Assembly: GCA_009777255.1 (NCBI GenBank)
Contig: WRMG01000001.1
Location: forward strand, 5,751 to 69,750
DNA: 64,000 nucleotides
Source of the DNA: Oscillospiraceae bacterium
GTDB taxonomy: Bacteria > Bacillota > Clostridia > Oscillospirales > UBA929
Direction of reading: 5' to 3'
The translations under genes were made by a program, and so were the position numbers. The notes beneath the pieces were generated by a model that saw nothing but the letters and a program-made list of their open reading frames with translations, did no database searches and was not told the DNA's origin. Every line of letters begins with the position of its first letter. The first letter of the stretch is position 1. Below, in pieces: positions 39,657 through 49,323 of the stretch.

Positions 39657-40172
39657 TCAGCTGTTATCGTTTATCACGTTTACCTGACACATTCTCATGG
39701 TAAGCAGCGCCGCCCTGTGGCTTTCCTCACTCACACAGGCGCAGCACGACGCGTCAACGGTAATCACCGCCTCGGGATAAGCCGCTTTAAGAATCAGCGC
39801 GTTGGACACGACACAGATACCGGTGCAAAGCCCGACAAGCTCTATTTCCGCGCCGTCAAGCGGATACGTCCAGCCGCACCAGCCGAACGACGGTTTATCT
39901 ATATATAAACAGCCCTCGTTATCCAGCCCGTCATAAATCTCCCAGCCGCGCGTACCCGCGATACAGTGTTCAACCGGCAGATTTCTCCCCTCCTGCGTTT
40001 GAAGATAATTCGCGGTATGTGTATCGCGCGTGAATATAATTAAATCCCCGCGCCCCGCATATTCGGCTATCTTCGCCCTCACCGCGGGCACGATGGCCCG
40101 AGCCCGCCCGCTCCCCAAGGCCCCGTCCACAAAATCGTTTTGCATATCTATTACTATAAGCGCCTTTTTCAT
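39657..40172 (-). CDS. Isochorismatase-family cysteine hydrolase (nicotinamidase-like)
   Basis: VIDMQNDF, a catalytic-type Cys in GLCTGICV, and 171 aa in length. Confidence 0.8.
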   Translation of the reverse strand: MKKALIVIDMQNDFVDGALGSGRARAIVPAVRAKIAEYAGRGDLIIFTRDTHTANYLQTQEGRNLPVEHCIAGTRGWEIYDGLDNEGCLYIDKPSFGWCGWTYPLDGAEIELVGLCTGICVVSNALILKAAYPEAVITVDASCCACVSEESHRAALLTMRMCQVNVINDNS

Positions 40173-40266
40173 CTCATTTTTCCTCTTTAATATTCATAAA
40201 AGTGTTGACAGCGAATATTCCGTGTGATATTTTATGCTCAACCTTCAAGTAAAGGATTGATGATTT

Positions 40267-41217
40267 GTGAACAAACGCGACAGAGTGCTTAACGCCATGG
40301 ACAAAAAAGAGGTTGACCACGTCCCCGTCGGCTTCTGGTATCACTACTCGGACGCGCAGGCCGCGGGCGAGCAATGCGTTCAGGCTCATCTTGATTATTA
40401 TAATGAGGTTGACGCCGATATTATGAAAATCATGTGCGACAGCTATTTCTCTTACCCCATCACAATTCCGGTGAGCAAGGCGTCCGACTGGTATAACCTC
40501 AAACCTCTGGGCAAAGACCACCCCTATATCCAAGAGCAGATATGGCGCGTAAAGCGCATAAAGGAAGAGACAAAGGACGAGCGCGCCGTCTTTTACAATG
40601 TCAACTCCCCCTTCGCGTCCCTGCGCAACGGAGCGGGCGATGAGCTTGTCATGCGGCACCTCCGCGAGGACAAAAAAGCGGTGATGCACGCGCTTGACAT
40701 GGTCGCGCGGGACAGCGCGGCGATCTGCGAGCTGTCCGTCGCCGAGGCCGGAGCGGACGGGATTTACTACCCCGTGCAGGGCGCGGAGCTTAACAGGTTC
40801 AGCTATGAGCAGTACCGCGAGCTGATCACGCCCAGCGATTTATATGTTCTTAACATCGCAAACCAATTTTCCGATTATAACATACTTCACGCCTGCGGCT
40901 GGGCCGGCGACAAAAACCGTCTTGAGGTCTGGCGCGATTATCCGGCCAAAGCCGTCAACTGGGCCATTTATGTAGAGGATATGTCCCTGGAGCGGGGGCG
41001 CGAATTTTTCGGCGGGCGCTGCTGTCTGGGCGGGTTCCAGAATACCAAAACGGGTATCCTGTTCGGCGGGACAAAAAAAGAGATACAAGACTATACGCGC
41101 AGCCTTATATCATCCTTCGGAAAAACCGGCCTGATATTAGGCGCCGACTGTTCAGTTCCGGCCGAGATCTCTCACGAGCATATTAAATGGGTCGTCGAAG
41201 CCTCCAGAGAAATTTAA
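40267..41217 (+). CDS. Uroporphyrinogen decarboxylase (URO-D) family protein, function unknown
   Basis: 316 aa with a GTG start. The N-terminal RVLNAMDKKEVDHVPVGFW and overall pattern are typical of URO-D/MtaA-like TIM barrels. Confidence 0.7.
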   Translation: MNKRDRVLNAMDKKEVDHVPVGFWYHYSDAQAAGEQCVQAHLDYYNEVDADIMKIMCDSYFSYPITIPVSKASDWYNLKPLGKDHPYIQEQIWRVKRIKEETKDERAVFYNVNSPFASLRNGAGDELVMRHLREDKKAVMHALDMVARDSAAICELSVAEAGADGIYYPVQGAELNRFSYEQYRELITPSDLYVLNIANQFSDYNILHACGWAGDKNRLEVWRDYPAKAVNWAIYVEDMSLERGREFFGGRCCLGGFQNTKTGILFGGTKKEIQDYTRSLISSFGKTGLILGADCSVPAEISHEHIKWVVEASREI

Positions 41218-41227
41218 CGTTCCGCCG

Positions 41228-41980
41228 TTAAGAGGCGCCGCTATCCATACACTTGCTCATCTCCCACATGATGATCGCCGCGGCGCTCGCCACTCCGAGC
41301 GACTCAAACTCTATCGGGATTTCCACCGTATCAATATTCCTCCACGCGTCCGATATCCCCGTGCCCTCGTTGCCGATGACCACCGCGCAGTTCTTCAGCG
41401 TGACCTCGCTCAGCGGCACCGCGCCGGGTCTGACTTCGGCGGCGTAGCATTTACAGCCGCCGAGCGACGCCAGTATCCCCCGAGGCTCGCCGAATATCAG
41501 CCTTTGCGAAAACACCGCGCCCATCGCGGCGCGCAGCGCCTTGGGGTTGGCGACGTCGGCGCAGCCCGTGGTCATTATAACGCCGGATATGCCCAGCGCG
41601 CGCGCCGTGCGTATAATCGACCCGACATTGCCCGGGTCCTGTATCCGGTCCATTATAATATACGCGCCGGGCGTCAGCTTCTGAAAGCGCGGCCTCGGCA
41701 TCGGCGCGGTGAAGAGCAGGCGGGGCGGGTTATCCAGCGTCGTCACCGACTTTATAACATCCTTGGGCGCGATAATAACCTCCGCGCCGTACGGCAGCGG
41801 CATATCCGGCTCTGACGCGGACACTACATGCCGCGGCGTTATTCCCGCGTTCAGCGCCTCCTTCAGCATAGTTTCGCCCTCACAGAGCATAAGCCCGTGT
41901 TCGCGGCGGTACGACGGCTCGCGCCCAAGTCGGGCTATATGCTTTATAACGGGGTTCGCGCGGCTGGTTATCTCTCTCAT
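41228..41980 (-). CDS. TrmH/SpoU family RNA 2'-O-methyltransferase
   Basis: DRIQDPGNVGSIIRTA, VIGNEGTGIS and LGVASAAAI motifs. Confidence 0.85.
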   Translation of the reverse strand: MREITSRANPVIKHIARLGREPSYRREHGLMLCEGETMLKEALNAGITPRHVVSASEPDMPLPYGAEVIIAPKDVIKSVTTLDNPPRLLFTAPMPRPRFQKLTPGAYIIMDRIQDPGNVGSIIRTARALGISGVIMTTGCADVANPKALRAAMGAVFSQRLIFGEPRGILASLGGCKCYAAEVRPGAVPLSEVTLKNCAVVIGNEGTGISDAWRNIDTVEIPIEFESLGVASAAAIIMWEMSKCMDSGAS

Positions 41981-42648
41981 TCTTCCAAAAGATACCCGAG
42001 CGCCGCAGCCGACAGCCCGACGGTCAGGTCTGTCGCCGACTCCCTGTCCAAAAGCCCGGCGTAAAGCTCGGCGCCCTGATAAAAGTTCAGCCTTGTTATA
42101 CGCGGCGCCCGCGAGGCGTCGAGCAGCCTGCGCCCGCCGTAGCCATACGGCTCAAGGCTCATAAAGCTCTCATCTCCCTCGAGCATATTGTTAATTACAT
42201 CCGCGCCGAGTATAAACAGCAGCGTATCCTGACGCACCAAATGCACCGAGAGCAGCTGGATAGACGCGACGCCCACCTCGGTCGCGCCCGAGAGGTTCAG
42301 CGCGACAAACTCGACGACGGCGTTGTCCCTGCCCGTCATCTCATTTACAAGCCCCTCAAGCTCCTCCCTCAGCTCCATCGCGTAGCCGAGGTCAAACTCA
42401 TATGCGGCGGCGACGACCACGACAAGATCGGGGTCTCTTTTTGTGGCTATGCTGTGGATCATGCTGAACAGAAAAACCGAGGCGATGATAATTCCGATCG
42501 TATGCAATCTGTAATGGAACCAGAACACATTCGTAAACCAGTACTTAAACCGGTCGATTTTGCTGTCAAAAACAGGCGGCGCGTCCATAACATCAGGCTT
42601 GACGCGCATACCGTAAACCTTTCGGGCGCCCTTATCCCGCTTACTCAT
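41977..42648 (-). CDS. Hypothetical single-pass membrane protein
   Basis: 223-aa ORF with one TM segment (IGIIIASVFLFSMIHSIA). It overlaps both neighbours (lysS by 8 nt, trmH-family gene by 4 nt). I recognise no family. Confidence 0.5.
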   Translation of the reverse strand: MSKRDKGARKVYGMRVKPDVMDAPPVFDSKIDRFKYWFTNVFWFHYRLHTIGIIIASVFLFSMIHSIATKRDPDLVVVVAAAYEFDLGYAMELREELEGLVNEMTGRDNAVVEFVALNLSGATEVGVASIQLLSVHLVRQDTLLFILGADVINNMLEGDESFMSLEPYGYGGRRLLDASRAPRITRLNFYQGAELYAGLLDRESATDLTVGLSAAALGYLLEE

Positions 42649-44119
42649 GAGGCTTCATGGTCGGGAACAGCAGCACATCGCGTATCGACGCTGAATCCGT
42701 GAACAGCATGACCATGCGGTCGATCCCCAGCCCCATGCCCCCCGTCGGCGGCATACCGTACTCCATCGCCGTTATAAAATCCTCGTCTATCTCAAACTCG
42801 CCGTCCTTATGCTTCTTGCGCGCCTGTTCGGTAAAGCGCTCACGCTGGTCGATCGGGTCGTTCAGCTCGGAAAACGCGTTGCCCATCTCGCGCCCGAAGA
42901 TGAACGCCTCAAACCTCTCGGTCAGGCGCGGGTCATACTTTGTCTTTTTGGCGAGCGGCGATATCTCTATCGGGTAGTCATATATAAACGTGGGCTGTAT
43001 CATATGCCGCTCCGCCTTTTCCTCAAAGAACAGGTTAATTATATCGCCGCGCTTCATGTCCTTTTCCGCCGGCAGCCCGTGCTTTTCGGCAAGGCTATAC
43101 GCCTCGGCGTCGGTCTGAACCCCGCCGAAATCAACGCCGGCGTATTCCTTAACCGCCTCGCACATCGTCATGCGCCTCCACGGCGCCTTCAGGTTTATCT
43201 CCGTGTCCTGATACTTAACGGTATACGTCCCCAGCACCTTCTCGGCGCAAGCCTCATACAGCTCCTCGCAGAGCCTCATCATGCCCTTATAGTCGGTATA
43301 CGCCTCGTACATCTCCATCATTGTAAACTCGGGGTTATGCTTGACCGACATCCCCTCGTTGCGGAATATCCGCCCGATCTCAAACACCCTGTCAAACCCG
43401 CCGATTATCAGGCGCTTCAGATACAGCTCCAGCTCCACGCGCAGCACCATGTCCAGATTCAGCGTGTTGTGATGGGTGCGGAACGGCTTCGCCGCCGCGT
43501 TCGTCGCGTGGTTATGCAAAACAGGCGTCTCCACCTCCAGATAGCCGCGCCTCTGCATCTCCTCGCGTATAACGGAGATTATTTTCGAGCGCGTGAGAAA
43601 CACCTGCCGCGATTCGGCGTTCATGATAAGGTCGAGGTAGCGCCGCCGGTAGCGCAGCTCGGAGTCGCGCAGCCCGTGGTATTTTTCCGGAAGCGGCCGC
43701 AGCGACTTCGCCAGCAGCGTCACGGTTTTGCAATGCACCGAAATCTCGCCCCGCCGCGTGCGGAACACAGTCCCCTCCACCCCGATTATATCCGAAATAT
43801 CGAATTTCTTAAACGCGCTGAACGCCGTTTCGCCCAAATCGTCCACCTTGACATACAGCTGCACGCGGCCCGTGGAGTCCTGCAAGTCGCAGAAAAACGC
43901 CTTGCCCATATCGCGCTTCGACATCATGCGCCCGGCCAGCCTGACGCTTTCGCCCTCCAGCCGCTCAAAATCGTCGCGGACGGAGCGCGCGCCGTGCGTA
44001 AAATCAAAGTCCGTAATGTCAAAGGGGCTGCACCCGTCGCCGGCAAGCGCCTTCAGCTTTTGCAGCCGGATCGCCACCAGCTCGTTTTCCGTTATCTCCG
44101 TCTGTACATTTTCGTTCAT
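42641..44119 (-). CDS. lysS: Lysyl-tRNA synthetase (class II)
   Basis: An OB anticodon domain and class II motifs (FRNEG, GGMGLGIDRMVM). Confidence 0.97.
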   Translation of the reverse strand: MNENVQTEITENELVAIRLQKLKALAGDGCSPFDITDFDFTHGARSVRDDFERLEGESVRLAGRMMSKRDMGKAFFCDLQDSTGRVQLYVKVDDLGETAFSAFKKFDISDIIGVEGTVFRTRRGEISVHCKTVTLLAKSLRPLPEKYHGLRDSELRYRRRYLDLIMNAESRQVFLTRSKIISVIREEMQRRGYLEVETPVLHNHATNAAAKPFRTHHNTLNLDMVLRVELELYLKRLIIGGFDRVFEIGRIFRNEGMSVKHNPEFTMMEMYEAYTDYKGMMRLCEELYEACAEKVLGTYTVKYQDTEINLKAPWRRMTMCEAVKEYAGVDFGGVQTDAEAYSLAEKHGLPAEKDMKRGDIINLFFEEKAERHMIQPTFIYDYPIEISPLAKKTKYDPRLTERFEAFIFGREMGNAFSELNDPIDQRERFTEQARKKHKDGEFEIDEDFITAMEYGMPPTGGMGLGIDRMVMLFTDSASIRDVLLFPTMKPHE

Positions 44120-44130
44120 ACTAACCCCTT

Positions 44131-44604
44131 CTACGCGGAAATCTCAATAATTGTGTACGTAAACGTACCGGCCTCCGCCTCGAAAACCACCTGATCGCCG
44201 GTTTTATGGCCCATCAGCGCCTTCCCGAACGGCGACTCGTCGGATATGCGGCTCTTGGAGGGGTTGGCCTCCTGCGTGCCCACTATGGAATACCGCAGCT
44301 CCTCGCCGTCGGCGTCGTCGCGCACCGCGACATGGCAGCCGATGACCACCGTGTCGACGCCCTCGTTTACCGACTCCAGTATCTCATAATTTGAAAGCAC
44401 GCTCTCAACCTCGGCAATCCGCGAATACAGCTTGCCCTGTTCGTTCTTCGCCTCGTTATACTCGCTGTTTTCGGAGAGATCCCCGAACGCGCGCGCCTCC
44501 TTTATCTGCTCGGCGACCTCGCGCTCCTTCACCGTTTTCAGATACGACAGCTCATCCTCCAGCTCCCTGAGCCGTTCCCGCGTCAGCATAAATGTTTTTT
44601 TCAT
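44131..44604 (-). CDS. greA: Transcription elongation factor GreA
   Basis: GDLSENSEYNEAK coiled-coil tip. 157 aa. Confidence 0.95.
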   Translation of the reverse strand: MKKTFMLTRERLRELEDELSYLKTVKEREVAEQIKEARAFGDLSENSEYNEAKNEQGKLYSRIAEVESVLSNYEILESVNEGVDTVVIGCHVAVRDDADGEELRYSIVGTQEANPSKSRISDESPFGKALMGHKTGDQVVFEAEAGTFTYTIIEISA

Positions 44605-44643
44605 GACAGTTCATCCCCTAAATAAAAATAAAGCTGATACTAT

Positions 44644-45183
44644 TTATACATTATACAGCGGCAGTTTGTCAACCTCAAATAATCCGCTCTCCAAAAGCGC
44701 GAGATTCCAAAGCCGTCTATCCGCGCCGAACGGCGGCTCCGGCGCGTCCCTCAAAGTAAACTCCGCGCCCAAAAGCGATTCGCCGTTAACGGTCATGCCC
44801 GTCAGATCGACGGTCAGACCGGCTGCGTCCGGCAGCGCCCTCAGAACCGCCACCCCGTAATGCCTGTGGATATACCGCGCCGCGCGTTCCGTATCCGGCC
44901 CGCAGTCAAGCGCGAGTGTTTTTGTAAAAGGCAGTATCGCGCCCAGCACGCGCTCAAGCGTCTTTGACATGCGCGGGGCGGTCACCGCCGCGCTCTGCCC
45001 CGCCACGCTCCTATTCCCCGCGGCAATGTGTATGAGCCTCTCCGGCTGCTCCTCGGGCAGGCGCAGCCCCCGCGGCAGCTCCAGCCCCACCGGTATCGCC
45101 GTATCTATGCTTAAACGGCGCAGCTCCCTCAGCGTTTTCCTTAAATGCCTTTTATTCCCGACTGTGAAGTAATAATACTTCAC
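44644..45183 (-). CDS. Hypothetical protein, start unresolved
   Basis: An open frame continues to 45309 but there overlaps the ctp tail in another frame. No well-spaced RBS/start pair was found; GTG 45183 is 1 nt after GGAGG. Confidence 0.3.
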   Translation of the reverse strand: MKYYYFTVGNKRHLRKTLRELRRLSIDTAIPVGLELPRGLRLPEEQPERLIHIAAGNRSVAGQSAAVTAPRMSKTLERVLGAILPFTKTLALDCGPDTERAARYIHRHYGVAVLRALPDAAGLTVDLTGMTVNGESLLGAEFTLRDAPEPPFGADRRLWNLALLESGLFEVDKLPLYNV

Positions 45184-45226
45184 GCCTCCGGCGTACCCAT
45201 GGGCGGCCTGCCGGCGCGCCCCCGCG

Positions 45227-46519
45227 CTAATTATCGCCGGCATCCCCTTCGCCCCCGCCGGCATCTCCGCCGGCATCGCCGCCGTCACCTGTGTCCGACG
45301 CCGCCTCAATAGCTCCCGCCTTGCGCATCAGCACATCATACGCCCTTACGATCTGCCGGTCCTCGCCGGGTTCAAGGACATAAAACATCGCGGCCTCTTC
45401 CTCCGTGAGTCTGACGGTATAATCCGGCGTCAGCCCCTCCGCGTCCGCGAGGCTCACGCCCATCGGCGTGAAATACTCGGCGGTCGAGAGTATTATGCCC
45501 GAGCCGTCCGGCAGCTCAATCGGCACCTGGGCGTAACCCTTGCCCGTCGTGGGTTCTCCCGCAAGCTCCGCGAGCCCGTGTTCCTTCAGCGCCGCGGCGA
45601 AAAACTCCGCCGCCGAATACGACCTGTCGTTGATTATCACCATCATCGGCAGTTCGATTCCCTCGCCCTCCGAGATCTCCTGCTGCATCTGCCCGCCCTT
45701 TTCGCGCGACTGGAACATAACCAGCCCCTCGGGCAGCACCAGATTAAGCATCGGCAGCATGACCTGCTTCAACCCGCCGGGATTGTTGCGCACATCGAAT
45801 ATAATCCCTCTCACGCCCGCCAGCCGCAGGTTTGTGACCGCCTCCGAGAACGCTATATCCGTGCCGCGCTCAAAATTGCGTATGCGGATATAGCCGATGT
45901 CGCCCTCCAGTATACGCGAGCGCACGCTCTCGACATTGACCTCCCGCCTTATCAGCTCAATCTCAAACGTCCTGTCGTCCGACGGCCGGTATATCCCGAT
46001 CATAACGGGGGTGTTCGCCTCGCCGCGCACAGTCTCCACCGCCACCAGATATTCCATCCCGCTCACGGGCAGCCCGTTGACGCTCACTATAATATCCAGC
46101 GCCCTCAGGTCCGCGTCGAGCGCCGGCGAGTTGTTATAAACCTCGACAATACAGATACCGCCGGTATCATGGTCATACATGACGGAAACGCCGATACCGA
46201 CAAACCTGTTATCCATCGACGCCTTGTGGTCCTGAAAATCCTCGGCGTTAAGGTATCCCGACCACTGGTCGCCGAGGCTGGCCATCATGCCGCGCACCGC
46301 GCCGTCCAGCAGCTTCTCCTCGTCCCACGAGCCTACAAAGGAGGATTCGATATATTCCTTGGCCCTTTTCACCTTCTCGAATTCCTTCGATTCGCGCATG
46401 GTTCTCTCGATCTGCCTGTTATACGCCTCGGTCGTCTGCCACTGGGCGACAAGCCACGTCACCGTGGCCACCAAAAGCATCAGCACTATAACCGTGCCTA
46501 CATCAAGTCTTCGCTTCAT
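45227..46519 (-). CDS. S41 family C-terminal processing peptidase with PDZ domain
   Basis: An N-terminal TM segment, a PDZ domain, and a catalytic region with DRSYSAAEFFAAALKE. It has an acidic Gly/Asp C-terminal tail. Confidence 0.9.
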   Translation of the reverse strand: MKRRLDVGTVIVLMLLVATVTWLVAQWQTTEAYNRQIERTMRESKEFEKVKRAKEYIESSFVGSWDEEKLLDGAVRGMMASLGDQWSGYLNAEDFQDHKASMDNRFVGIGVSVMYDHDTGGICIVEVYNNSPALDADLRALDIIVSVNGLPVSGMEYLVAVETVRGEANTPVMIGIYRPSDDRTFEIELIRREVNVESVRSRILEGDIGYIRIRNFERGTDIAFSEAVTNLRLAGVRGIIFDVRNNPGGLKQVMLPMLNLVLPEGLVMFQSREKGGQMQQEISEGEGIELPMMVIINDRSYSAAEFFAAALKEHGLAELAGEPTTGKGYAQVPIELPDGSGIILSTAEYFTPMGVSLADAEGLTPDYTVRLTEEEAAMFYVLEPGEDRQIVRAYDVLMRKAGAIEAASDTGDGGDAGGDAGGGEGDAGDN

Positions 46520-46529
46520 TTAATTCTCC

Positions 46530-47729
46530 TTACCTGACTGTGCCGATATATTTGCTCTGCAGCGGATTCTCCGTCTTACCGTCTATCAAAACCTCAAAAT
46601 GGAGATGCGGTCCGGTCGATGTGCCGGTCGAGCCGATCAGCGCTATCCTGTCGCCCTTTGTGACGTTCTGCCCCTTTTTCACCAGTATCCTGCTGGCGTG
46701 CGCGTATAGAGTAGCCACGCCGCCGCCGTGGTCGATGACCACGCAGTTGCCGTAGCCGCCGTTCCACTCGGCCTTGAGAACCGTCCCGCTGTTGGCCGCC
46801 AGTATCGGCGAGCCGGTGGGCGCGGCCAGATCGACGCCGGAGTGGAACCTGTTCACCTTCAGTATCGGATGTATCCGGTTGCCGTATTCCGACGACAGCC
46901 GCGTCCACTCGGGCGCGGGCCACGCCATGCTGCCGCCGACATACTGCGTCCTGTTGCGCCGCTGCTGCTCGGCAATCTCGGCGGCGATCGCCGCCTGGAG
47001 CTTCGCCATCTCCTTATCGGCCTCGTCCTCGGCCAGCAGCAGCTCCTTCTCGTCGGCCTCCAGCTCCGCCATCAGCTTGTCAAGCTCCTTGTACTGATTG
47101 GCCAGCTCGCTCTGCGCGTCGGCAAGCTCCTGCTTGCTCCTCTGCTGTTCAACCTTCTCGGCCTCCAGCTGCTCCCGCGCCGAAATTATCTCGTCGCGCG
47201 CGGCCTGAAGCTCGGCAATCACCTTCCTGTCGGCCGCCGCTATATCAGATATTATGCTTATCCTTCCCAATAAATCCGCGAAATCGTGCGCCTGCATAAG
47301 TATACTGATATAACTGATGTCCCCGGCCTCCTCCATCGCGCGCATCCGCCTCAGGAACCTGTCCTCCTTGTCGGCGATGTCGGCGGTGGCGGCGGCGATG
47401 CTCTCCTGCGTCCGCGCTATCTGCACGGTATACTCCTGTATCAGCTGTACTGTGTTGTCAATCTCCTGCTCAATTATGGCAATCTGCTCGTCAAGCGCGA
47501 ACTTCTGGTTTATAATGGATTTTCTCTCTCGCTTCGTATCCGCCAGCTTTTCCGTGATACGCTTTTTATCCGCCGCGATACGCTTCTGCTCCTCCTTCAG
47601 GTTGTCCAGCTTGGTCGCCGCCTCCGCCGTCACCGCGTTCATTATAACGGATATCACAACGGACAGCAGCAGCATCCCCGCCAGTATAAGCGCCAGCACC
47701 ATCGCCAGACGCTTAGTGGATTTCCTCAT
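46530..47729 (-). CDS. M23 (LytM) metallopeptidase with N-terminal coiled coil, EnvC-like
   Basis: HSGVDLAAPTGSP...GSTGTSTGPHLHFEV motifs and a long coiled coil. It lies immediately downstream of ftsEX. Confidence 0.88.
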   Translation of the reverse strand: MRKSTKRLAMVLALILAGMLLLSVVISVIMNAVTAEAATKLDNLKEEQKRIAADKKRITEKLADTKRERKSIINQKFALDEQIAIIEQEIDNTVQLIQEYTVQIARTQESIAAATADIADKEDRFLRRMRAMEEAGDISYISILMQAHDFADLLGRISIISDIAAADRKVIAELQAARDEIISAREQLEAEKVEQQRSKQELADAQSELANQYKELDKLMAELEADEKELLLAEDEADKEMAKLQAAIAAEIAEQQRRNRTQYVGGSMAWPAPEWTRLSSEYGNRIHPILKVNRFHSGVDLAAPTGSPILAANSGTVLKAEWNGGYGNCVVIDHGGGVATLYAHASRILVKKGQNVTKGDRIALIGSTGTSTGPHLHFEVLIDGKTENPLQSKYIGTVR

Positions 47730-47735
47730 AAAAAC

Positions 47736-48629
47736 TCACACCCTTAAAAATTTTCGTATCGTCAGCACGCTGCCCAGCACCCCGACCACAAAGCCGAAGC
47801 CGGTGAACAGCAAAAGCACAATTATCATAAGATCGTCAAACGGCGACATGTTAAACGACGGTATAAGCCCGTTCACCATCCTCGTCAGCGACGAATAAAC
47901 GCTCCATTGCAGGAAAAAGCCCAGCGCCGCGCCGGTCAGCCCCAGCAAAAACCCCTCGATCACAAACGGCCAGCGTATAAACGCGTAAGTCGCGCCGACG
48001 ACGCGCATGATCCCGATCTCCTCGCGCCGGTCAAACGTGGCCAGCTTGACCGTATTCGATATTATAAACACCGACACGCCGAGCAGCATAATTATCAGCG
48101 TATACGACACCGCCTTCACAATACTGCGCGTGCTGAGGATAAACTCCGAAACCTCAAAGCTGGCGGCGGCAAATTCCACCCCGGCAATGCCCTCAAGCCG
48201 CTCTATCGTCTCCCGCATCAGCGAAACATCATGGAGCTGTATAAGATACCTGTCGCGCAGCGGGTTCCTCTCGTCCTCAATGCCCTCCAGAATATTCCCC
48301 TGCTCGCCCAGCTGCTCCCGGTAATTCTCCAGCGCCGTCTCCTTGGGGATAAACTCAAGCTCCTCTATATTGTCGATCGTCCTGTTTATCCGCGTGCCGA
48401 TACTCTGCGCCTCCGCGCGCGAGAGGCTCTCGTTAACCACGACAAGTATCTTGTTCTGATTGCGCAGCTCCTCGATAATCCGGTCTATGTTAACGGCGAT
48501 AAGCGAAAAGCTGCCCATGATAAGCAGACATGCGGCAATAACGCTCACCGCGGCAAAGCTGGTGAACCCGTGTAAAAAAACACCGCGAATCCCCTCGCGG
48601 AAGAAATACATAACCTCATAACGTTTCAT
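47736..48629 (-). CDS. ftsX: Cell division ABC transporter permease FtsX
   Basis: 4-TM topology with a large first extracellular loop. It follows ftsE. Confidence 0.88.
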   Translation of the reverse strand: MKRYEVMYFFREGIRGVFLHGFTSFAAVSVIAACLLIMGSFSLIAVNIDRIIEELRNQNKILVVVNESLSRAEAQSIGTRINRTIDNIEELEFIPKETALENYREQLGEQGNILEGIEDERNPLRDRYLIQLHDVSLMRETIERLEGIAGVEFAAASFEVSEFILSTRSIVKAVSYTLIIMLLGVSVFIISNTVKLATFDRREEIGIMRVVGATYAFIRWPFVIEGFLLGLTGAALGFFLQWSVYSSLTRMVNGLIPSFNMSPFDDLMIIVLLLFTGFGFVVGVLGSVLTIRKFLRV

Positions 48630-48640
48630 AAACGGAACCT

Positions 48641-49321
48641 CTATCTGGCGAAATAGCCGCCCGTCCTGTCGCTTATCACCCTGCCGCCGTCTATGGCGAT
48701 GACCCGTTTGGCAAAGCGGTTTACAAGCTCGCTCTCATGCGTAACGGTGACGACCGTGGTGCCCAGCGAATTTATCTTATTCAATATCGTCATTATCTCA
48801 AGGCTGCGGGCCGGGTCAAGGTTGCCCGTAGGCTCGTCGGCGATAATCAGCTTGGGGTTGTTTATCAGCGCGCGCGCTATGGCCACGCGCTGCTGCTCCC
48901 CGCCCGAAAGCTCAAACGGCCTGCGGCGCGCCTTATGCGCAAGCCCGACAAGCTCCAGCACAAACGGCACGCGCACGCGTATGTCCCTCGGCGGCGCGCC
49001 CACCACGCGCATGGCGAACGCCACGTTTTCATACACGCTTCTCTTCTCGATAAGCCTGAAATCCTGAAATATAACCCCCAGCGTGCGCCTCAGCTTGGGA
49101 ATATCGCCGCGCCTTATTATGCCGACATTAAAGCCGTTGACAAGCACCTTCCCCTCGGTGGGGCGCAGCTCCGACGTCAGCAGCTTTATTATCGTCGATT
49201 TCCCCGAGCCGGAAGGCCCCACCAGAAACACAAACTCGCCGTCGTCAATACGCGCGGTTATCCCGCGCAGTGCCTTTGTGCCGTTGTCATACTGCTTGTA
49301 TACATCAATAAGACGTACCAT
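48641..49321 (-). CDS. ftsE: Cell division ATP-binding protein FtsE
   Basis: GPSGSGKST Walker A, LSGGEQQR signature and ADEPTGNLD Walker B. Confidence 0.93.
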   Translation of the reverse strand: MVRLIDVYKQYDNGTKALRGITARIDDGEFVFLVGPSGSGKSTIIKLLTSELRPTEGKVLVNGFNVGIIRRGDIPKLRRTLGVIFQDFRLIEKRSVYENVAFAMRVVGAPPRDIRVRVPFVLELVGLAHKARRRPFELSGGEQQRVAIARALINNPKLIIADEPTGNLDPARSLEIMTILNKINSLGTTVVTVTHESELVNRFAKRVIAIDGGRVISDRTGGYFAR

Positions 49322-49323
49322 CG

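Noticed and set aside
40174-40689. 171-aa minus-strand ORF.
   Set aside because: It is antisense to the URO-D family gene (40267-41217). It has no recognisable motifs or RBS, and it would overlap the isochorismatase gene end.
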